Source: Obrimoposthia wandeli
Taxonomy: Eukaryota
Assembly (NCBI GenBank): GCA_977020255.1
Contig: CDROCS010000122.1
Location: 248,001 to 312,000, forward strand
Reading direction: 5' to 3'
DNA length: 64,000 bases
A program made the position numbers and the translations under genes. Shown in pieces: positions 56,649 through 64,000 of the stretch (positions are counted from its first letter, which is position 1; every line of letters starts with the position of its first letter). The notes under the pieces were generated by a model, which was not told the origin of the DNA, did no database searches, and worked only from the letters and a program-made list of their open reading frames with translations.

Positions 56649-57737
56649 ATGTCAATCACTAATATTCTACAAAACAAACTCCCTATCTGGGTCACCCTGC
56701 AACTCACTGATGCCTGTAATCTTCGCTGTAAAATGTGTTACGAGTGGGGTGAAAATGGCTCTTACCATGGCCGGAAACTGTCTCGCCTTGATAAAGACGT
56801 CGCTTTTCGTGTGATCGATGAGTGTTTACCCGTTAAACCCTATTTTGCCTTATTCGGTGGCGAACCCATGATGTATCCATGGTTTGAAGACATTGTTGGC
56901 CGTATTCGTCATGGTGGCTCACGAGTTGATGTCCCAACCAACGGCACATTTTTAAAGCGCAAAGCCGAATCACTGGTAGAAACCCCACCAAACCGACTTT
57001 GGGTATCATTAGATGGGCCAGAAGAAATCAATGATGCTCAGCGTGGAGAAAACGTCTATAAAAAAGTTCAAGAAGGGGTGGAAACACTATTTGAACTCAG
57101 AGAAACCAAAGGGTTAAAAGAACCAAAAATTGGTTACACTTTCATTGTAACACCGCATACCCACCTCTACATTCAAGGGTTCTTTGAGAAATGTTTAAAC
57201 CTCGACATGGTGGATCACATCAGTATCGAGTTCCAAACTTTTGCAACCGAACAAGAGCATGAGAAACATCTCCGATTATTTAAACGATTATTTGGCGTTC
57301 AAGAGACCCCTTGTGCTGCAGGGATGATCGATGATGTGCGTAAGTTTGAAATGATGGATTATTCTGCAATTGAGTCCCAAATAAGCTGGGTTCAAAAAGA
57401 GTGTATAAAACGAGATATCTACTTCGTTTGCTACCCTAAAACTATTGCTCACGACAACTACAAAGCGTATTTCAACAAACAATACCAAAATCTCATCGAC
57501 AAACGAGATAACTGTTTTTTCCCTTGGATTTATATGGAAGTAGCCTCCAATGGTGACGTCACACCATGCCATACCTTCTACGATGTACCACTAGGTAATG
57601 TGAATAACAGCAGCGTACCAGAGATCTGGAACGGCAGTGTTATGAAAAACTTCCGTCGCCAGCTTCGTAATGAAGGTGGGTTATTCCCTATCTGCGGTTC
57701 ATGCGCCCGTTACTACGCTGATCCAAACAAACGATAA
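56649..57737 (+). CDS. Radical SAM enzyme 2 with twitch/SPASM-type C-terminus
   Basis: CNLRCKMC, FGGEP, TNG, SLDG; C-x17-C..CGSC. Confidence 0.92.
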   Translation: MSITNILQNKLPIWVTLQLTDACNLRCKMCYEWGENGSYHGRKLSRLDKDVAFRVIDECLPVKPYFALFGGEPMMYPWFEDIVGRIRHGGSRVDVPTNGTFLKRKAESLVETPPNRLWVSLDGPEEINDAQRGENVYKKVQEGVETLFELRETKGLKEPKIGYTFIVTPHTHLYIQGFFEKCLNLDMVDHISIEFQTFATEQEHEKHLRLFKRLFGVQETPCAAGMIDDVRKFEMMDYSAIESQISWVQKECIKRDIYFVCYPKTIAHDNYKAYFNKQYQNLIDKRDNCFFPWIYMEVASNGDVTPCHTFYDVPLGNVNNSSVPEIWNGSVMKNFRRQLRNEGGLFPICGSCARYYADPNKR

Positions 57738-57763
57738 TAGAGCTGTGATAAAGGATAGATAAG

Positions 57764-58768
57764 ATGAGCTATATTTCCGTTAAAAACCTTAGCAAGGAAT
57801 TTCCTTACTACCGCAAACAGTCTGGCCTTAAAGCTTCACTGAAAAACTTATGGTCTCGTGAACTGCATTCTAAACAAGTGGTCAACTCTGTATCTTTTGA
57901 TGTTGAACAAGGCGAAATCGTCGCTTTTATTGGCCCCAATGGCGCAGGTAAAACCACCACTATGAAGATGCTTTCGGGCATTCTTCACCCCTCGTCGGGA
58001 GAAGCAACCGTCATGGGGTATACACCTTGGGAGAGGAAAAAAGCATTTAAAATGCGATTTTCGATTGTTATGGGACAGAAGCAGCAGTTGTGGCCTGACC
58101 TACCTGCAATTGATAGCTTTGAACTCAATAAACGTATTTATGAAATTGATGACAATAGCTTTAAACAGGTACTCGGTGAGCTCAGCGAGATCCTTAATGT
58201 ACGTCACTTGCTCGACATTCAAGTTCGCCGCTTATCCCTTGGTGAACGGATGAAAATGGAATTGATCGCGGCTATGCTGCATCAGCCCGATGTGATTTTT
58301 TTAGATGAACCCACTTTAGGGCTCGATTTCCTCTCACAGAGAGCGATTTTGGCCTTCCTGAAAACACTGTCGCAAGAGAAAAAAACCACTATGTTACTCA
58401 CCAGCCATAACATGGTGGATATTTCAACCTTATGTAATCGTGCTTTAGTGATAGAGAGCGGTGGCCTAGTGTACAACGGGGAATTAAGTGATCTAAATAG
58501 CGTTGTGGGCGCCAAGCGTCATCTTCATATTCATACTCATACGCCTGTCATTCCGGCTGATTTTTCTTCTTTTGGTCACATTGTGCAATTCAGTAGCAAT
58601 GAAATTGTTTTAGAGGTGACTAAACAGGAGTCCAATGCCGTCTTATCTCGCATATTGAATCAGGTGGATGTGGCTGATATCAATATAAAAGAAGCACCAT
58701 TAGAAGAAAGTTTAGAACGTCTCTATAGCAATTTGAAGGATCATAACAGCTTGAAGGTGCTTGCATGA
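57764..58768 (+). CDS. ABC exporter ATP-binding subunit
   Basis: GPNGAGKTT, LSLGERM, IFLDEPT, LTSH. Confidence 0.93.
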   Translation: MSYISVKNLSKEFPYYRKQSGLKASLKNLWSRELHSKQVVNSVSFDVEQGEIVAFIGPNGAGKTTTMKMLSGILHPSSGEATVMGYTPWERKKAFKMRFSIVMGQKQQLWPDLPAIDSFELNKRIYEIDDNSFKQVLGELSEILNVRHLLDIQVRRLSLGERMKMELIAAMLHQPDVIFLDEPTLGLDFLSQRAILAFLKTLSQEKKTTMLLTSHNMVDISTLCNRALVIESGGLVYNGELSDLNSVVGAKRHLHIHTHTPVIPADFSSFGHIVQFSSNEIVLEVTKQESNAVLSRILNQVDVADINIKEAPLEESLERLYSNLKDHNSLKVLA

Positions 58769-59565
58769 GCAAGTACTTATTTATCATAAAAATGGGGTTA
58801 CAGATGTCCCTTACTTATCGGCTCAATTATGTCATAAGTTTGCTTTCTTCTGCCTTCCCAATTTTACTCCAAGTGATGCTGTGGCATGCCATATTCACTT
58901 ACACTGGGGCGGAAAAAGTGTATGGCTACTCATATTCAGAAATGATGGCCTACACCTTATTTGCTTCTCTCATTGGGCAGGCATTGCGGACTGGATTTGA
59001 ATATGAAGTCGCTAAAGATATTAAGGAAGGTGGATTAAACCGCTTTCTTATTCAACCTTTATCTTATCTAGGTTATCGCTTTTCCGCTTATGTGGGCACC
59101 AATATGAGTTATTTTATTGCCACATTAATTCTGCTTGGGTTATGCGGCCTTTTATTGGTCCATTTACTCGATATTTTCTTCACCTTAAAATCTTATTTAT
59201 TGCTGATCATCGTGCTTCTTGCCGCATTTATGATCCAGTTCTTTCTTTTTTATATGATCGGGTTAGTGGCTTTTTGGGCACAGGAAGTCTGGGGGGTATT
59301 TGAATCTGTCCGTATTGTTGGCCTTGTTCTCTCTGGTGGTATTTTTCCATTAACCGTATTTGGGGAGCTAGGAATGGAAATATTAAGTTATTTGCCATTC
59401 CAGTACGTAATTTTCTTCCCTATTGAAGTGGTGTTAGGACGTGCAAGCGATTCCGACATTTTTACTGGCTTTTCCATTCAACTGTTTTGGATTGGGTTAC
59501 TTTGGTTCTTGTCACGTTTAGTTTGGCAGCGTGGTTGTAAAAGCTTTATTGCATTAGGAGGCTAA
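58765..59565 (+). CDS. ABC-2 type permease (DUF990-like) 1
   Basis: Six hydrophobic segments; EVAKDIKEGGL..FLIQP, LSGGIFPL, LPFQY..FP. Confidence 0.85.
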   Translation: MSKYLFIIKMGLQMSLTYRLNYVISLLSSAFPILLQVMLWHAIFTYTGAEKVYGYSYSEMMAYTLFASLIGQALRTGFEYEVAKDIKEGGLNRFLIQPLSYLGYRFSAYVGTNMSYFIATLILLGLCGLLLVHLLDIFFTLKSYLLLIIVLLAAFMIQFFLFYMIGLVAFWAQEVWGVFESVRIVGLVLSGGIFPLTVFGELGMEILSYLPFQYVIFFPIEVVLGRASDSDIFTGFSIQLFWIGLLWFLSRLVWQRGCKSFIALGG

Positions 59566-59567
59566 CC

Positions 59568-60383
59568 ATGATCAATGAAATGTGGTGTGAGCTGGTGAAA
59601 CATGCTCGTATTTACGGATTTTTACTTAAAATAAACGCCATGCGTCAATTAGAGTACCGGCTTAATATTGCGCTAAACATCATGGTGGAAATGGGGTATT
59701 TAGGGGTTAAATTGATTTACGCCTACATCATTCATGATACAGGGGTACACATTGCGGGGCTTTCTCCTGACAGCATCTACTTGTTCATTGGTACTTATAT
59801 GTTAATGACGGTTTTTTTCGTTAGCATGCTGCAATTCAATATCGTGGTGTTTGATCAACAGATCCGAGATGGCGATTTTGATTTGATCCTCACAAAACCT
59901 GTCTCTTCTCAATTTATGGCGACGCTGAAGCACGTAGATACATGGATTTCGATCCCAAACATTATCGTGGGGCTTGGCCTTATCGGCTACGGCTGGCACG
60001 CTTCCGAGGTTGCTTTTAGCATCACCAATATTGTGGGATTTACCAGCTTTATTGCTTTGGGTATTGTCACCATGTATGGCCTGTTTGTACTACCTCTTTT
60101 ATTGGCCTTCAAGTTTAAAAACATCTCCGCGCTACAGAGTTTTTATTGGGCTATGTGGGATTTTAATAATCTGCCCCATAAAATCCACATTAGACCCGTT
60201 CAGCTGATGGGAGCCGTAGTATTCCCCTTGTTTTTGATCACTAACTGGTCGCCTCTGTTTGTGCTCGACCAACTATCAACACCAGAACTTATTTGGGGCA
60301 TCGTAGCGCCTGTCATTCTATTTTCGTTAACTCGTATTCTATGGAAAGTAGCCCTAAAACATTATGAAAGTGCCACCAGCTAA
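59568..60383 (+). CDS. ABC-2 type permease (DUF990-like) 2
   Basis: LEYRLN, IRDGDFDLILTKPVSSQF, hydrophobic, ends LKHYESATS. Confidence 0.85.
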   Translation: MINEMWCELVKHARIYGFLLKINAMRQLEYRLNIALNIMVEMGYLGVKLIYAYIIHDTGVHIAGLSPDSIYLFIGTYMLMTVFFVSMLQFNIVVFDQQIRDGDFDLILTKPVSSQFMATLKHVDTWISIPNIIVGLGLIGYGWHASEVAFSITNIVGFTSFIALGIVTMYGLFVLPLLLAFKFKNISALQSFYWAMWDFNNLPHKIHIRPVQLMGAVVFPLFLITNWSPLFVLDQLSTPELIWGIVAPVILFSLTRILWKVALKHYESATS

Positions 60384-60397
60384 AAAGGAGTATCACC

Positions 60398-61159
60398 TTG
60401 TTCGATTTATCAGAAAGAACCATTTTTATTACAGGTAGCTGCCGAGGCATTGGTTTGGCCATGGCAAAAGCCTTGCACAGCCAAGGAGCCAATGTTGCCA
60501 TTACTGCGCGCAATACTGAAAGCTACCCAAATATTTTACAGCACTTTCCAAGCGCACCAGACAACGTATTAGTTTTAGATTGTGACATTACTGATCCAGA
60601 TTCGATCGAAGCAGCAGTGCAGGCTACCGTCAACTGGAAAGGTGTGTTGCATGGTTGTATTGCCAATGCAGGTGAGCGTGGTGCTGGCATGAAAGTAACA
60701 GACATGCCTTATGATAGTTGGCAAGAAAGCTTGAATACCAACCTTAATGGTACGTTCCATACATTAAAAATCGTCGCAAAAAAAATGCAAACACAAGATC
60801 TGGGGGGGCGACTATTAGCGACTGCGAGCTTATCAAGTTTAAAAGGAACCGCAGGGTTTGCGGATTATGGTGCGAGCAAAGCGGCCATTAACTCCTTATG
60901 CCGCTCTTTAGCGGTAGAACTAGCGCCGAATAAGATCACTGTCAACTGTGTATTACCTGGCTGGGTCGAGACGGATATGAACAAAGATGTTGTCAATGAT
61001 AGAAGACAATACGAGTCTATCAAACGCCTTCGTATCCCTGCTGGACGCTGGGCGACTCCAGAAGACATTGCCCCTGTTGCTGTTTACTTAATGTCTGAAG
61101 AAAGCCGCTACCACACTGGCGATTCTCTAACCATTGATGGCGGATACGCAATCTTTTAA
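60398..61159 (+). CDS. Short-chain dehydrogenase/reductase
   Basis: TTG start with AAGGAG RBS; TGSCRGIG, NAG, YGASK, PGWVET. Confidence 0.93.
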   Translation: MFDLSERTIFITGSCRGIGLAMAKALHSQGANVAITARNTESYPNILQHFPSAPDNVLVLDCDITDPDSIEAAVQATVNWKGVLHGCIANAGERGAGMKVTDMPYDSWQESLNTNLNGTFHTLKIVAKKMQTQDLGGRLLATASLSSLKGTAGFADYGASKAAINSLCRSLAVELAPNKITVNCVLPGWVETDMNKDVVNDRRQYESIKRLRIPAGRWATPEDIAPVAVYLMSEESRYHTGDSLTIDGGYAIF

Positions 61160-61167
61160 GGTTATTT

Positions 61168-62292
61168 ATGAACACGATATATCCCGATTCACAGCCTACT
61201 CTTCTACAATCTAACCTTTTACAAACCAACCTCGACTTAATGAACCAATCCACATTTGAGTTTGATACAGCAAGGCTAGAATCGCCACCGAATTGCTTTG
61301 TATTTGGACTTTATACCTTGGGGGCGTTGAATGAAAATATCCCATCACTCGCCAGTGTGTTTTCTGAACATAGCTTCTCCTACTGGGATGATCACCACCA
61401 ACACCCTAACCTTATTGACCCAGATACTCTGTTCACTAAATTTGGCTTCTGTAGGCAGCAAAGCGAACCGTATTTAGATGTATATGCAGACCGAGTGGAA
61501 GGAAAAATGATAAACTTGCTCGCTGCTCGCTGTGGCATCGAAGCTGAAGTTATACCCTTTACAGACTTTAATAAATTGATGGCGTATTTTGGTCAGCAAA
61601 TGGCCCAGCAGCAACCCGTATTGTGCGACTTCGATATGGGTTACATTCCATCGCGACATCAGTATAAGATCATACGCGGTTATGAGCATGTAGTCTTTTT
61701 TACACAGTTTGATCAAAATACTCAGCAGCTTTTATTGTGCGATCAAGATGAACTAAAGGATCCCGTTCCACTCGCTGATGTAGAAGCATGCTTTGACTCT
61801 ATGCTGAAAATGAAAGGAACGTTCAATTGTTACCAAGCGAAAGCGACAATAAAGAAAAGTCAATTCCTCTCCCCAAGTGACATCCGAAACGATGTGAGAG
61901 CCAATGTAGATAATTTAACCACAACGAATCCAAAGCTAGGTATGCAAGCAATTAATCGCTATTTAGAGTCGATGAAACAAGTTAAGCCGCTCAATACCCC
62001 ATTTTATGTCTTTGGTCACTGGGTGTTTGCACTACAACGAAATATGCAAGTACGCTGGTGTGATTTAGCACTGCAATCACTGGATTCTCAGGCTCAAAAA
62101 ACCGCAGCCCAAGAATTAAAGCAGCACCTTTCCCTTGTGGCAAATAAATGGAATGAATTTACCATGCTTGATAAATTGAGCCGGAAGATCGATCGTGTTA
62201 CGCCAGCTCAGGTGGCGCAAAAATGTATTGATGCTGCAACATTGGAACTAGACAGTCCACGTTATTGGCTGGCATTACAAAAGGTGCTTTGA
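61168..62292 (+). CDS. BtrH-like protein (papain-like acyltransferase/hydrolase fold)
   Basis: N-terminal NCF; PVLCDFDMGYIP..Y....EHVVFF..FD....LLLCD resembles BtrH_N; helical C-terminus (GMQAI..QR..KW..E). Confidence 0.6.
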   Translation: MNTIYPDSQPTLLQSNLLQTNLDLMNQSTFEFDTARLESPPNCFVFGLYTLGALNENIPSLASVFSEHSFSYWDDHHQHPNLIDPDTLFTKFGFCRQQSEPYLDVYADRVEGKMINLLAARCGIEAEVIPFTDFNKLMAYFGQQMAQQQPVLCDFDMGYIPSRHQYKIIRGYEHVVFFTQFDQNTQQLLLCDQDELKDPVPLADVEACFDSMLKMKGTFNCYQAKATIKKSQFLSPSDIRNDVRANVDNLTTTNPKLGMQAINRYLESMKQVKPLNTPFYVFGHWVFALQRNMQVRWCDLALQSLDSQAQKTAAQELKQHLSLVANKWNEFTMLDKLSRKIDRVTPAQVAQKCIDAATLELDSPRYWLALQKVL

Positions 62293-62308
62293 TTAGCAAA
62301 ATGGTATC

Positions 62309-62355
62309 AATAGAAAGGGGAAAGAGGCGTACTCCTAACCTTTTCTATTTCTTTT
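62309..62355 (+). terminator. Possible terminator closing the 10-gene operon
   Basis: AATAGAAAGG..CCTTTTCTATT imperfect stem plus T-rich tail. Confidence 0.45.
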
Positions 62356-62456
62356 GAAATTACGGCGATTTCTCTTGAGTAAAGTCATTCATGCCTGGGT
62401 CAAGTTCAAACACTTTTGACACAGAAGTAGATACGCTGAATCACTCCCGAAGGGCC

Positions 62457-62583
62457 AGTTTTGTTGGAATCTATGCGGTGTTACTTATTTTCAACGTAGA
62501 ACAACTAGGTCTATAAATAAGTGTCTTGCCTAGAGCCCAACAAATTCTCGCTGAAACGAGCATCTTGAGGTAACTTGGGTATA
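62457..62583. repeat. 127-bp dispersed repeat (ERIC/MITE-like), copy 2
   Basis: Direct-orientation near-copy of 49473-49599; ends GCATCTTGAGGTAACTTGGGTATA. Confidence 0.9.
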
Positions 62584-62603
62584 AAGTTCTACTAAAAAAA
62601 TAA

Positions 62604-63479
62604 CTAGGGTTTTGTGTGGGTAACCATTACCAATTCTTGATCGCTAACGAGTTCAAACTGAACATATAGCGCACTGTATTCTGCAAGTGATTGTATGTGA
62701 GAGCCACCGCATGGGATTTCAATCATTTCCTTCTCCCCTAAATCACATTGCCAGTAACGTGAATCGGTTAACTGCGTACCTTCACGGCGCATCACTACCT
62801 CAGCACCACTCTGACGCCAAGTTTCTAACTGCTGGTTAATGAGTTCAGTTAACGCCACTAAATTAGCCAGCATATCTGCCGTATTTAGCCCACGTTTGCG
62901 TAATGTTTTACCTAACCGATAAGTATCAGTACTTTTATCTTCACTCACAATGCTCTGCTGCTGAGCGTAACTGTGAAAATCGTAATGCCCTAATTCATCT
63001 TTACGTGAGGCATCTTTACGCCAATAATCGCTATGTAACACTTTATTAAGTGCTAAAGAAGAAAGATGTCCTGCACTATGCCCACGGCTTAATGCCTGCT
63101 GATTAGCCTTATCAACCGACAAGATGACGGTATCTCCCCTGCTCCATTGAACGTCTTCAGCAATATAATGCACAACAACAAATGCCCAACCAGACACATC
63201 ACGCTTAACGGGAATGTCTGTGCCGACATAAAGCGTATTCGTTGCTAAATTAACAGCACCTGTAAAACAACCTGCCACATCAAAACATATTTCTCCCACA
63301 GTCATAGTGCCTTTATCTGCAGGGTGATCAGGCCAAATATGACTAACAGGATGAAAACAGGTGCGATCTGTCACTACATATACACCACGTGAAATGGCTG
63401 GTTCACATAGCTGAATTTCAGCTTCTGTTTGCCATTGTGGCACCGTAAATAGCACGTGGGTTGGTGTAACATCAGACAT
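62604..63479 (-). CDS. AlaX-like tRNA-editing domain protein
   Basis: RTCFHP, HSAGH and PCGGSH Zn-binding motifs. Confidence 0.85.
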   Translation of the reverse strand: MSDVTPTHVLFTVPQWQTEAEIQLCEPAISRGVYVVTDRTCFHPVSHIWPDHPADKGTMTVGEICFDVAGCFTGAVNLATNTLYVGTDIPVKRDVSGWAFVVVHYIAEDVQWSRGDTVILSVDKANQQALSRGHSAGHLSSLALNKVLHSDYWRKDASRKDELGHYDFHSYAQQQSIVSEDKSTDTYRLGKTLRKRGLNTADMLANLVALTELINQQLETWRQSGAEVVMRREGTQLTDSRYWQCDLGEKEMIEIPCGGSHIQSLAEYSALYVQFELVSDQELVMVTHTKP

Positions 63480-63626
63480 ATTTTGAACCTTTATTTATGA
63501 TGGTATCAATATCGACAAGTCTCAGGGCGCGACTTATCAAAAATAGTAAACACGACGGAAGCACAGATAAAAAAATACCCAACACAAGGCTGGGCATTTC
63601 TATTAATACGCTGTTAATAAGACAAG

Positions 63627-64000
63627 TTACTTACGGCGACCGTGAAGCACACCCGTCAAACGCTTACGTTGACGTTCTTGAGAAACAGTTAATTTCTGCT
63701 TCGTTGTTTCAAATGGGTTTTCACTATTCTGGAATTGAATACGAATTGGTGTACCCATCATTTCTAATGAACGACGGTAGTAGTTCATTAAGTAGCGCTT
63801 GTATGATGCTGGCAGATCATTAACCTGATTACCGTGAATAACGATAATTGGTGGGTTGTAGCCACCTGCGTGTGCATACTTTAACTTCACACGACGTCCA
63901 CGAACCATTGGTGGTTGGTGATCATCTTGAGCCATTTGCATAATACGTGTTAGAAGCGATGTACTAATACGCTTAGTTGCTGACTTATATGCTTCAATAA
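63627..64000 (-). CDS. der: Ribosome biogenesis GTPase Der, C-terminal KH domain (partial)
   Basis: [58 protein letters not shown]. Confidence 0.96.
   Translation of the reverse strand, partial: IEAYKSATKRISTSLLTRIMQMAQDDHQPPMVRGRRVKLKYAHAGGYNPPIIVIHGNQVNDLPASYKRYLMNYYRRSLEMMGTPIRIQFQNSENPFETTKQKLTVSQERQRKRLTGVLHGRRK

Noticed and set aside
52852-62292. Calling the operon a butirosin/aminoglycoside cluster
   Set aside because: No DOI synthase, aminotransferases, BtrK, BtrO or BtrG; only the module logic is shared.
49473-62583. Composite transposon or prophage-type island
   Set aside because: No integrase or tRNA site, only one deleted IS1595, and the left repeat lies outside core yfgJ.
62604-63479. 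AlaX-like editing protein as a self-resistance gene of the operon
   Set aside because: It is convergent, separated by a terminator and repeat, and appears to be part of the conserved der neighbourhood.

Overview
Chromosomal window from a Vibrionaceae member, most likely Photobacterium (inferred from gene order, ~40-45% GC by eye, IS relics and TATACCC-ended repeats). About 50 kb is conserved core: nqrCBA, bolA, rlmG, yajG, ampG, two tandem OmpK/Tsx porins, panE-yajL, thiI, pomAB, xseB-ispA-dxs, pgpA-thiL-nusB-rib-nrdR, glyA, purL, mltF, tadA, frmA-fghA, abgT, guaAB, xseA, yfgJ, an AlaX-like gene and the 3' end of der. There are two accessory zones. (1) At 31.3-32.9 kb, a degraded IS4 relic lies next to a glnB (PII) gene whose T-loop region is scrambled and frameshifted. 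(2) At about 49.9-62.5 kb, an insertion between yfgJ and the AlaX-like gene carries an orphan GH1 glucosidase, an IS1595 relic and a tightly coupled 10-gene operon. That operon encodes an ACP, an ATP-grasp ligase, a GT-B glycosyltransferase-like protein, two twitch-type radical SAM enzymes, a 3-gene ABC exporter, an SDR and a BtrH-like protein. It has no NRPS, PKS or visible RiPP precursor, looks like an uncharacterised ACP-dependent acyl/aminoacyl-glycoside pathway, and is the best candidate for a novel system. All family calls come from motif recognition by eye; no database search was run.
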